Origin: an uncultured Gammaproteobacteria bacterium
GTDB lineage: Bacteria; Patescibacteriota; Microgenomatia; Levybacterales; GWA1-39-11
DNA length: 64,000 nucleotides
Reading direction: 5' to 3'
Assembly: GCA_964485575.1 (NCBI GenBank)
Contig: CAZAJO010000006.1
Span: 8,990 to 72,989, forward strand
Shown: positions 54,197 through 62,996 of the stretch, in pieces
Position numbering within the stretch: the first letter of the stretch is position 1
Layout of the letters: each line of letters begins with the position of its first letter
Translations under genes and position numbers: made by a program
The notes under the pieces: model-generated
What the model was told of the DNA's origin: nothing
The model's database searches: none
The model's input: only the letters and a program-made list of their open reading frames with translations

Positions 54197-55465
54197 TTAA
54201 ATAATGAATGATTTAACTGTTGTAAAAAATACAGACATAGGACTTAGAAAAGGTCTCCAAATACCCGATTTTTGCTTAATAACTGTAGGTATTTCTTTAG
54301 CACTATTTTTTTCGATTTTTAGTTGTTCCAAGGCTTCTCCAAGTACTTTTACAACGGTTTTGCGCTCAATGGACGTCATTGAAGAATAAAGCGGAAGTCT
54401 TAAAAGTCTTTCTGCATACTCTTCAGTGATAGGTAGATCTGATGCTACATTTCCCAATTTGCGTCCTTGAGGCGCACTATGTAGAGGAATATAGTGAAAT
54501 GTTGCAGAAATCTCATTCGTTCTCATGAAATCCATTACAAAATTGCGATCCTGAGCACTTGGCATGATTATGTAAAAAATGTGGGCATTATGACCTGCGT
54601 AGTCTGGAATTGTTGGTATATCCAAAAGTTTTTTGTGAGCAAATCTCCCTACCTCTCTTGCATAGAAGTCATAATTTTTTTGTCTCAATCGGGTTATCTT
54701 TTCAACACTCTCAAGTTGGGCAAGGAGGTATGCTGCAAGAATGTCGCTTGGCAAGTAGCTTGAGCCAACATCAACCCACGTGTACTTGTCTACTTCTCCT
54801 CTAAAGAATTTACTTCTGTTTGTCCCTTTTTCTCGGATGATTTCTGCCCTTTCAACAGCATTGTCTTCTTCGTTATTGATAAAGAGCGCACCACCTTCAC
54901 CACAGGTGATATTTTTTGTATCGTGGAAAGAAAAACATCCAAAATCTCCAATAGTTCCAAGATATTTGTCTTTGTATTTTGCTTCAATCGCTTGTGCTGC
55001 ATCTTCAACCACCTTCAAGTTGTGCTTTTTAGCGATAGTCATAATCTTATCCATATCACAAGCAACACCTGCGTAGTGGACCACCATAATTGCTTTCGTT
55101 TTTTTAGTTATTTTTCTCTCAATGTCTTTAGCATCAATGTTTAATGTCTGTTTTTCTATTTCAGCAAAAACTACTTTTACACCTTGAGCAAGAAGGATAG
55201 CGTTAATCGTTGAAGAGAAAGTAAAGGATGGTGCTATCACTTCATCGCCTGGCTTTAAGTTGAGAAGTCGTATTGCAAGTTCTAAGGCTGATGTTCCTGA
55301 TGTAGTCAATAGTGCCCTTTTGGTGCCATACCTTTTCTCAAGAAAACTGTGCACTAGTTTTGTGTATTTGCCATCCCCGGACATATCCATTCTGTTATCC
55401 AGAATGTCGTGGATATATTTGCTTTCGTTGCCTGTAATATATGGTTTGAATAATTTAATTTTCAT
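54197..55465 (-). CDS. wecE: dTDP-4-amino-4,6-dideoxygalactose transaminase (DegT/DnrJ family)
   Basis: SGDGKYT, PSFTFSST, VHYAGVACDM, EDAAQA, SFHDTKNITCGEGG, EKGTNRSKF.RG.VDKYTW..GSSY, FHYIPLH. Confidence 0.9.
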   Translation of the reverse strand: MKIKLFKPYITGNESKYIHDILDNRMDMSGDGKYTKLVHSFLEKRYGTKRALLTTSGTSALELAIRLLNLKPGDEVIAPSFTFSSTINAILLAQGVKVVFAEIEKQTLNIDAKDIERKITKKTKAIMVVHYAGVACDMDKIMTIAKKHNLKVVEDAAQAIEAKYKDKYLGTIGDFGCFSFHDTKNITCGEGGALFINNEEDNAVERAEIIREKGTNRSKFFRGEVDKYTWVDVGSSYLPSDILAAYLLAQLESVEKITRLRQKNYDFYAREVGRFAHKKLLDIPTIPDYAGHNAHIFYIIMPSAQDRNFVMDFMRTNEISATFHYIPLHSAPQGRKLGNVASDLPITEEYAERLLRLPLYSSMTSIERKTVVKVLGEALEQLKIEKNSAKEIPTVIKQKSGIWRPFLSPMSVFFTTVKSFII

Positions 55466-55466
55466 A

Positions 55467-56561
55467 TTAAATTCCTTTCAAAATGTCTAGTGAAAATTGC
55501 TCATATTTATTCGCAACGTTCTCCCATGTATATTTCTTGCTTATTTTCCTTGCTTCTTTACCCATTTGTGTAAAGACACTTTTTTTAGACGCCTTGATGA
55601 GTAAATTCCCGTATTCGGCAATGTCAAACATTTTAGCCTTCAAATTCACTTTTTCAGTTGTCCATGAAAGAGACGGGATGTCAAAGCTAACCAATGGGAG
55701 TCCTGAAGCTAATGCTTCAAGAGAGAACAGTGAAAATCCTTCGTGCCTGGACGGAAATGCAACAAAGGCAGCTTTTGATAGAAGTTGTTCTTTGTCTTTT
55801 CCATAGGATGGACCTAGTACTTTGACTTTGTCCTGAAGTTGAAGTGAATTTACCATTTTTTCGATTTTTTCTTTGTCTGGACCAACCCCTACCATTACAA
55901 GTGGGAGGCAATTTTTACTTACCTTCGCGTAGGATTTAAGCAGTAAATCAATGCCCTTTTGACCCATGTCATACCTTCCTAAAAATAAAATGTACTCTGG
56001 CTTTTTCTTTTTGATCTTAAAAAATTCGCTACCTACTCCTTCAGGCACTATTTTTGAAACTACATTTTTGTTAACCTTGCGTATTTTTTTATCCTGATGG
56101 ACCGTAAAAGGAAGTGCGTATTTGTAGAACCTCAGTCCAAAATTTTCAATGAGGTCAAAAGGTAATTTATAGAGCTTCGCAAATCTCTCAGCCTCAAATG
56201 ATGTCGTAAGAGCAACGACAGGAATTCTTGTAAAAAGAGGTGAGAATAGAGTTGAAATAGGAGCTGTAAAACATTCAACTATAATGTCTCCTTTCAACCC
56301 AATAACGGTCGCTGGAAGAAGGAGAATGTATAGGAGATTGTTGAGTCTGATGTTCTTTGTTCCTACTCCGATGTGTTTATAGGTGAGACCATTTTCAACC
56401 CTATCTTCGTATCCCGGATACTTCGAACAAATGACAGTTATCTTGTGCCCTTTTTTTACCAAACGGCTACCTACTTCAACTGTTGCTCGCGCTTGACCTG
56501 CACCAAGTAGTGGGTTTTTTATATCGTCAAAGTCCAAAAATATTATGTTAAGTTTTTTCAT
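55467..56561 (-). CDS. Glycosyltransferase family 4
   Basis: LFLGR...QKGIDLL, PSRHEGFSLFSLEALASGLP. Confidence 0.92.
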   Translation of the reverse strand: MKKLNIIFLDFDDIKNPLLGAGQARATVEVGSRLVKKGHKITVICSKYPGYEDRVENGLTYKHIGVGTKNIRLNNLLYILLLPATVIGLKGDIIVECFTAPISTLFSPLFTRIPVVALTTSFEAERFAKLYKLPFDLIENFGLRFYKYALPFTVHQDKKIRKVNKNVVSKIVPEGVGSEFFKIKKKKPEYILFLGRYDMGQKGIDLLLKSYAKVSKNCLPLVMVGVGPDKEKIEKMVNSLQLQDKVKVLGPSYGKDKEQLLSKAAFVAFPSRHEGFSLFSLEALASGLPLVSFDIPSLSWTTEKVNLKAKMFDIAEYGNLLIKASKKSVFTQMGKEARKISKKYTWENVANKYEQFSLDILKGI

Positions 56562-56563
56562 AG

Positions 56564-59047
56564 TTAAAAAAGTGAAGTGACTCTATTCAAAAGGTAATCC
56601 ACTCTTGGTAAAGTAATAAGTCTGGTCTTAGTAGTAGTTGCAACTTTTGCAGCATCAAAAAGCTGATCTGAGGAAGCATCCCAACTGAATCTTTGAGCCC
56701 ATTTGTATGCTTTCTGTGATGCTATTTTCCGATCCTTGTGATTTTTTAGATAGAAATTAAGCTCTTTAGCAAAACTCTTTGTTTCCCTAACTCTAGCAAG
56801 CCTACCTGTAACGCCGTTAACCACAGAGTCCTTCAGTCCGTTAGTGTCAGAAGCTACAACCGGTGTTTTGCAGGCATTTGCTTCAAGAACGGTAATTCCC
56901 CACCCCTCAACTGTTGATGGCTGAACAGCAACCCAACTTTGTGAAAGAAGTTTGACCTTTTCCTCTTCGCTGACTTTTCCAAAGAAAGCAATTTTTTTCT
57001 CAAGTCCTAATTTTATTGCTAAATCTTTTAGTGTTCCCATATATTCTCCGTCCCCAACAACCCAAAGTCTTAAAGCTGCTTTTCTTTTCACAAGTTGGGC
57101 AAATGCTCTGATAGCTATATCAATATTTTTGTATGCTTTAAGTCTGCCCAAGTATATGATCGTTGGGGTTTGACTCTTCGCAAATTTTCTTTCAGGGAGG
57201 TCAATTCCTGGGTTTACTATTTGAATATTCTCTTCTTTAGCAATTCCTGCTTTTATTATTTCTTTCTTTGATGATTCACTAACAGTTATTACCGTTTTAT
57301 TTTTGTAAACAAAAGGCATTACCTTTCCTTCGATATAACGGCCAATATATGAGAAAGGAAATTTCATCTGTTCAATAAAAATATCCTGATGAACATGATG
57401 AATTAAAAGTAAAACGGGTTTTGTTGAAAATAACGGTGCAAAGAAAGGTATTCCATTCTCAGAATCAATGATAACGTCGTAATTTTTTCTGAATTTTAAG
57501 ATATAGTAAATAGCTGCCCAAAGGTAAACTGTGTAAAATCCTCCACGTCTTACGATATTTACACCATCTACAGTTTCATTCCGCTTGCTAACCCCGTCAT
57601 TTCCACAAAATTGTGTCACAGTGTTTCCGCTTTTTACCCATCTTCTAGCTATTTCGTGAACGTACATCTCAGCACCACCAGCCCACATGTGTTTCGTATC
57701 TCTCCAGTTAAAAATTAAAACCCTCATGCCTTTCGCTGTGACGCGGCTTCTTTGTGGCAAAAAGGCTTCCACAAAATCCCTTATATTTTTGAAGATAATT
57801 TCAAGAGACTCTTCAAGGTAATGTAGGGATCCAACAACAATAAGACTCAAAAAACCCATACAGACCATAACGAGACTTATCTGTCCTATGGAAGCATGAA
57901 ACAGATTTATGGCCAATATCTGAGTAAGTGAAATGAGGAATGTAAATACAGATAAAAGGTGTTTGTCTTTGAGTTGATGAAAAGAGGCTATATTTGACGC
58001 AACTGTAAATGCAACCATTGAGAGCGAATACATAAATAAGTATGGTGTTATTGTCAGTGCTTTTGAGCCAAAAATTAATGGCATTGTAAAACTTCCTAAA
58101 GCTCCGATGACAACGAATGCTGCCATGCTAGATAAGAATGAAGCAGTTAACAATTTATAAAATGTAGAGTTTGAATTTATCCCTGTTCCTTCTTTATGAC
58201 TTAAAACCGGCAAAATAAACTGGGAGAATAGAGATCCAGCAAAATAGACCATTTTTCCAGCTAATGATAGTAGGGCATATTCGCCAGCCTGAACAGGTGG
58301 TAGGAAGTGTTTTGCCAAAATTACATCCATAGACAGATACACGATTATTGAAATTTTGGATATAGCACTTGAAAAGTAAAACTTTGCCGGAAACTTAGTA
58401 CTTTCTGTAACTTTTGTCTTAACACCTTTATTAAGGTGTTTTGCAGCAATAATAAATAAGAATGAAGAAACAAGCAAAGAAATAAGTATAGAAACATAGG
58501 AATACTGACCTAACCCAACCAGCGAAAATCCAATTGCAAGACTGAGCTTTAAAACAGATTCAACAGCAACAATTGAGGCAACTAACCCCCACTTCATATT
58601 CCCACCCAAGTAACCACCGTCAACTGAGGCAACGATCATGAGAAGAAGAACCGGAGTAAAACTAAGAACCGGTAGGAGATTTTCCAATCTAAAGAAGTGT
58701 GCTGTGAATGGGGAAATGATAACCCACAAAACGCTTACAAGGATTGACAAGATAAGAGCCTTTTTCCTAACTGTTTGCCAAAATTTCTTTGCTGGTTTAT
58801 TATGCTTCCCGAAGTAGAACGCGCTTCTATGGGTTACTGTCCTTCCCAGAGCTCCAATTGGGATATCAACAAGACTTAGGATACTTCCAATCAGAGAAAC
58901 GAGTGCAAAATCTTCTAAAGAGATATTTCTTCCAAGAAATGCATTGAATGCGAGATTAAAGAAGTTTGAAAATACAGTAGCTAAAATAAGCATTGCTCCT
59001 CTTTTCTTCAAACTGTCTTTCCAGAAGTTATTTAGTAAAATTTTCAT
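56564..59047 (-). CDS. Wzx-like flippase fused to a GT4 glycosyltransferase
   Basis: About 12 TM helices with MDVILAKHFL...AGEYA, then IFNWRD...AGGAE, YLGRLKAYK, EGWGITVLEA. Confidence 0.87.
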   Translation of the reverse strand: MKILLNNFWKDSLKKRGAMLILATVFSNFFNLAFNAFLGRNISLEDFALVSLIGSILSLVDIPIGALGRTVTHRSAFYFGKHNKPAKKFWQTVRKKALILSILVSVLWVIISPFTAHFFRLENLLPVLSFTPVLLLMIVASVDGGYLGGNMKWGLVASIVAVESVLKLSLAIGFSLVGLGQYSYVSILISLLVSSFLFIIAAKHLNKGVKTKVTESTKFPAKFYFSSAISKISIIVYLSMDVILAKHFLPPVQAGEYALLSLAGKMVYFAGSLFSQFILPVLSHKEGTGINSNSTFYKLLTASFLSSMAAFVVIGALGSFTMPLIFGSKALTITPYLFMYSLSMVAFTVASNIASFHQLKDKHLLSVFTFLISLTQILAINLFHASIGQISLVMVCMGFLSLIVVGSLHYLEESLEIIFKNIRDFVEAFLPQRSRVTAKGMRVLIFNWRDTKHMWAGGAEMYVHEIARRWVKSGNTVTQFCGNDGVSKRNETVDGVNIVRRGGFYTVYLWAAIYYILKFRKNYDVIIDSENGIPFFAPLFSTKPVLLLIHHVHQDIFIEQMKFPFSYIGRYIEGKVMPFVYKNKTVITVSESSKKEIIKAGIAKEENIQIVNPGIDLPERKFAKSQTPTIIYLGRLKAYKNIDIAIRAFAQLVKRKAALRLWVVGDGEYMGTLKDLAIKLGLEKKIAFFGKVSEEEKVKLLSQSWVAVQPSTVEGWGITVLEANACKTPVVASDTNGLKDSVVNGVTGRLARVRETKSFAKELNFYLKNHKDRKIASQKAYKWAQRFSWDASSDQLFDAAKVATTTKTRLITLPRVDYLLNRVTSLF

Positions 59048-59049
59048 AG

Positions 59050-61413
59050 TTAGATAAATAAAGACATGGCAAACTTTAATGGGGCCAAAACTGTTCTCTT
59101 GACTGCTCCCACTGCATTCACGACAATTTTTCTTTCAATGTTTCCGACAAATACAAATGGCATAGCAATAGCTCCAATAGCTCCTGCCCATCCAAATGCA
59201 GGTTTTTCTACAACCCTTTTTTGCTTTTGAGGCTTTGCTATTGCAGTCTTAGGTTTTAAAAGATGAAGACCATGAACTGTCTTTTCCCAGTAGAAAGGCT
59301 TGAAGAAAAGTTGATAAAGAGCCATACCCCCGGCAACTGAAATCATCAACCAATAGAAAGGAATGAGAAAAACGTATTTCATAAGTGCTAGATCCTCTCT
59401 TTTTGCAAGTGCCACGAGGTAGTAGTAAAAGAAAAGGAAGTTACCAAAAGTAAGGGATATCATCGCTATATATAAGACGTAGGATGGATAAAGGTATTCA
59501 ATCGTTGGCCCAACATAGGCATACAACGTGAAATACGCGATAGTTGCTAGCCATAAGAAGGGATTTATTAGAATGAATGCAATTTTTCCTCCAACAATGA
59601 GGTGAAACAGTGGAAAGTGAACTTTGCTTTTCTTCGCAAATTCAAATGATCTTCTAGTATGCACTAGATACGTCTGCATATATCCCTTGATCCAACGTGA
59701 ACGTTGTCTTACCCAGTTGCCCCATTTACTATTAGCTTCTTCAAGAGTTGTCGAGTCTATAATGGCTGTCTTGTACCCCGCTTTAAATAGCCTCATCCCA
59801 AGATCTGCGTCCTCTGTAACATTGAATGGATCCCATCCGTGAAGGGACACTATGTCCTTTGTTCTGAAGTGATTTGAAGTACCACCAAGAGGTATGCTTG
59901 TGTTGATAGACTGGAATCCGGTAAGCGTTATACCAAACCACAACGAGTATTCAGCTGTAAAGAAGCGCGTAAGCAAATTCTGTGTTGGGTTGTAGTAATT
60001 GAGCTTTGCTTGATAACAAACAGTCCTTCTATCACCTTTTTTAAAGGCAAGATAGGCCTTTTTTAGCTGAAGTGTGTCTGGCTTGTCCTCAGCATCATAA
60101 ATTACGAGATACTCACCTTTTGCAAATGAAAGGCCATAATTACAAGCTTTTGGCTTTGTTTTTGGCTGGGAATTTGGAACAACAACTATCCTCACATATG
60201 AAGGCAGGTTCAATTTTCTGGCTTTTAGGATAGAGTCCTTGTCATCCTCCTCAAGCAGCAACATGACGTCAAGTTTTTCTTTTGGCCAAGAAAGAGCAGA
60301 GATATTTTTTACGAATTGAGGAATTATATGAGCCTCTTTATATAGTGGACACAATATTGTGTAGATAGGAAGCTTACCTTCCTCAATACCTGAAAGTGCT
60401 TTACCCGTAATATGAACTTCGTTTGAATGTCTAAGACTTTTAGTAACGATATAGAGATTGAAAAGCGTATCTGCAAAGTAAATAAGACTCAAAATACATA
60501 CAAGAAAGCTTAAAGTACCCAGTGTATTAACAAATAAGCCTAGGAACACTGAAAGAACAATTACGGTAATAAGAGTCTTTTGAAGAGCTGTAAAAGTCAT
60601 CAGTGCCGAATCATTGTATGGAAGGGTTGTGTGAGTTACATATTTTTTGCCATTGTGGCGTGTGCCTGCCCCTTTCATAGAACCTTCTTTTAGAGATGGG
60701 ATCGCAAAGGGATTCACTTTTTTGCCCTTCAAAAGAACAGCTTTTGATCCGATTTCAATACTTGTTTTCAGAAGGCCAATTTTTGATACTCCCTCTTTCC
60801 TTTTTGAAAACACGATATTGTGATCTTCAATCAAAAATCCTGCCTTTGATGCACGGTGTAAGAATTCGAGGTCAAAAGTCCATGCAGAGGCAGGTGTGAA
60901 CTTAACTGTATTAATTACCTCTTTTTTAAATACTTTAAGCCCTGATTGAATGTCGTGGGGCAACTTAAAAAGTGTTCTGCCAAAGGCGATTTTGAATACT
61001 TTGCTTGAAACTTTCCTTACAAAATTGTCTTGATATGACTTGCGATTGGCTACAACCACGTCGGCATTTCTTAACTTAAGAGCCATTTTTACTATCTCTT
61101 CAGGTGGATATTGAAGATCTGCGTCGATAAAGGCCAAATTCTGAAAAGAAGCCTTCTCAAATCCTTCAAATAACGAGTATGCCTTCCCTTTTTTTCCTAC
61201 TTTTGTATAGAAAGAAACAGGATATGTTAGTGAAAGTCTTTTCACTATTTCCTCTGTTCCATCACTAGAGCCATCATCTATAACAAGGATTTCATAGTAA
61301 AACCCATTTAAAACAAGTGAGTTACTAATCCGCTCTATTAGTTCACGAATATTTTTCTTCTCGTTGAAAGTTGGAACAACAACAGATAATTGCCTTGAAA
61401 ATGTGTATTTCAT
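59050..61413 (-). CDS. Double GT2: polyprenol-phosphate glycosyltransferase-like domain fused to a processive cellulose-synthase-like GT2
   Basis: N-terminal VVPTFNE, DDGSSDGT, DADLQYPPE, DIQSGLK; C-terminal PLYKE, KPKACN, YDAED, VTEDAD, QRSRW, WEKTVH. Confidence 0.9.
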   Translation of the reverse strand: MKYTFSRQLSVVVPTFNEKKNIRELIERISNSLVLNGFYYEILVIDDGSSDGTEEIVKRLSLTYPVSFYTKVGKKGKAYSLFEGFEKASFQNLAFIDADLQYPPEEIVKMALKLRNADVVVANRKSYQDNFVRKVSSKVFKIAFGRTLFKLPHDIQSGLKVFKKEVINTVKFTPASAWTFDLEFLHRASKAGFLIEDHNIVFSKRKEGVSKIGLLKTSIEIGSKAVLLKGKKVNPFAIPSLKEGSMKGAGTRHNGKKYVTHTTLPYNDSALMTFTALQKTLITVIVLSVFLGLFVNTLGTLSFLVCILSLIYFADTLFNLYIVTKSLRHSNEVHITGKALSGIEEGKLPIYTILCPLYKEAHIIPQFVKNISALSWPKEKLDVMLLLEEDDKDSILKARKLNLPSYVRIVVVPNSQPKTKPKACNYGLSFAKGEYLVIYDAEDKPDTLQLKKAYLAFKKGDRRTVCYQAKLNYYNPTQNLLTRFFTAEYSLWFGITLTGFQSINTSIPLGGTSNHFRTKDIVSLHGWDPFNVTEDADLGMRLFKAGYKTAIIDSTTLEEANSKWGNWVRQRSRWIKGYMQTYLVHTRRSFEFAKKSKVHFPLFHLIVGGKIAFILINPFLWLATIAYFTLYAYVGPTIEYLYPSYVLYIAMISLTFGNFLFFYYYLVALAKREDLALMKYVFLIPFYWLMISVAGGMALYQLFFKPFYWEKTVHGLHLLKPKTAIAKPQKQKRVVEKPAFGWAGAIGAIAMPFVFVGNIERKIVVNAVGAVKRTVLAPLKFAMSLFI

Positions 61414-61439
61414 ACTAAAACTTAAGTTTCAAGCTTTGC

Positions 61440-61667
61440 TTACCTACTCCCTCCCACTTTGTGTATGTCTATAAATTTTTCTAGAGAATCACTTGAAACC
61501 CTATAATGCCCACCAAATTCTACAGCCTCAAGTTGACCCTCCTTGATGTACTTGTAAATAGTGAGAACCGACAAGCGAAGTAATTCCGCCACTTCATGGA
61601 CGGTTAGAAACTCATTTTTTATGGCAAAATCTGACGTATTTATGCTCAAAATAAAACAATAGCCCAT
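61440..61667 (-). CDS. Excisionase-type (HTH_17) DNA-binding protein heading the glycan operon
   Basis: FLTVHEVAELLRLSVLTIYKYIKEGQLEAVEFGGHYRV; start codon uncertain. Confidence 0.85.
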   Translation of the reverse strand: MGYCFILSINTSDFAIKNEFLTVHEVAELLRLSVLTIYKYIKEGQLEAVEFGGHYRVSSDSLEKFIDIHKVGGSR

Positions 61668-61699
61668 AACATATTGCTATGAGCTGTATTGAGTGATAG

Positions 61700-61728
61700 G
61701 TTATACCATAGTTTGATATAGATGTCAA
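61700..61728 (-). promoter_or_regulatory. Sigma70-type promoter of the glycan operon
   Basis: TTGACA(61728-61723)-17 bp-TATAAC(61705-61700). Confidence 0.7.
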
Positions 61729-61760
61729 CTATAGGATGAGGTTGTGCGATACTGACTATT

Positions 61761-61776
61761 CTTAACAATTGTTAAG
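61761..61776. promoter_or_regulatory. Perfect 16-bp palindrome between divergent regulators
   Basis: CTTAACAATTGTTAAG. Confidence 0.5.
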
Positions 61777-61865
61777 TATAGTCTTCTATGGTGTGCCTGC
61801 CATATATTTAGTTGAGTCGTCAAAATGACGGTTTTGTTAGAAAATTCCTGTATAATACTTTTCAA

Positions 61866-62069
61866 ATGCTTGAGAACAATCTATTATTAATAAGAACTGG
61901 GAGAAACTTGACCCAAGAAGAGCTAGCTAAAGGAGTTGAGGTTACAAGACAAACCATTATTTCTATAGAGAAAGGTAACTATACCCCGTCTGTGCTTCTT
62001 GCATTACGTATTGCAAAATTCTTTAATGTAAAGGTTGAGGATATATTTCAGATTAATCATGAACAATAA
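61866..62069 (+). CDS. XRE-family HTH transcriptional regulator
   Basis: LTQEELAKGVEVTRQTIISIEKGNYTPSVLLALRIAKFF. Confidence 0.92.
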   Translation: MLENNLLLIRTGRNLTQEELAKGVEVTRQTIISIEKGNYTPSVLLALRIAKFFNVKVEDIFQINHEQ

Positions 62070-62427
62070 AACAACTATCATAGAGGTGATTGTCGCTTTT
62101 CTTCTAATTGCACTTTTAATTTTATTTTTATCGCCCGTTGATCTTCTCATGCCGATGACAACAGGCTCGATGTCAATACTGCTAATCGCAGTTCTATTCT
62201 TAATATTTTCAGCGCTTGTCTTTCGGGAAAAATCACGGGATGAGCGGGAAAACATACTTAGGATGAACGCGGGAAGAATTTCCTTTTTGACAGGAAGCGT
62301 TATTGCAATTATTGGTATATTATTTCAAAGCGTTTCCCACAATATTGATCCATGGCTCGTATATACAGTTATAGGCATGATATTGGCAAAAACCGCTGCG
62401 AGACTCTACTCTGCACTGCGCAGTTAG
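62059..62427 (+). CDS. Membrane protein with DERE motif (DUF2178-like), XRE partner
   Basis: REKSRDERE...AGRISF, four TM helices; overlaps the XRE stop. Confidence 0.7.
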   Translation: MNNKTTIIEVIVAFLLIALLILFLSPVDLLMPMTTGSMSILLIAVLFLIFSALVFREKSRDERENILRMNAGRISFLTGSVIAIIGILFQSVSHNIDPWLVYTVIGMILAKTAARLYSALRS

Positions 62428-62432
62428 GCTTC

Positions 62433-62475
62433 AATGTAAAGTCGACTTGACATTATTCTACTGACTGTTTATTAT
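62433..62475 (+). promoter_or_regulatory. Promoter with an overlapping near-perfect palindrome
   Basis: AATGTAAAGTCGACTTGACATT (62433-62454, one mismatched pair) covers TTGACA 62447-62452; TATTAT 62470-62475 lies 17 bp away. Confidence 0.65.
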
Positions 62476-62484
62476 TAATTCAGA

Positions 62485-62994
62485 ATGAATAAAACTCTTA
62501 TTGTAGTTCTACTCGCGGTCATAGTTCTGGTGGCTATAGGAGCATTTGCTTACTCTCAAAGTTCATCAGACACTGGCTCTGCTATGATGTCTAAAGAGCT
62601 TGATGGGGAAGAAGAAATGGCTGTGAAAAGTGAAAAAATGGATAAAACGGATATTGAAAATGTAGAAAGTTCACGATACACCGTTTATACAAACGCAACT
62701 GATTTGGAGCATCTAGAGTCAAAAAGAGTGCTGTTCTTTTATGCTTCATGGTGTCCCACGTGTAGGCCAGCGGATGCCGATTTTAAGGCAAATTTAGACA
62801 AAATACCTTCAGATTTCACTGTAGTAAGAGTCAACTACAATGATCCTGAAACTGACCAGTCTGAAAGGGATCTTGCCAAAAAATATGCGGTTACCTACCA
62901 ACATACTTATGTTCAAATTGACTCAAATGGGAAAGAAATCCGAAAATGGAATGGAGGAGGTTTAACCGAACTTCTAGGGAATATCGTGCAGTAA
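62485..62994 (+). CDS. Membrane-anchored thioredoxin-like protein
   Basis: N-terminal TM; LFFYASWCPTC. Confidence 0.9.
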   Translation: MNKTLIVVLLAVIVLVAIGAFAYSQSSSDTGSAMMSKELDGEEEMAVKSEKMDKTDIENVESSRYTVYTNATDLEHLESKRVLFFYASWCPTCRPADADFKANLDKIPSDFTVVRVNYNDPETDQSERDLAKKYAVTYQHTYVQIDSNGKEIRKWNGGGLTELLGNIVQ

Positions 62995-62996
62995 AT

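Noticed and set aside
61440-61667. Prophage or ICE boundary suggested by the excisionase-like HTH
   Set aside because: No integrase or phage genes nearby; it heads the glycan operon, so a regulator is more likely.
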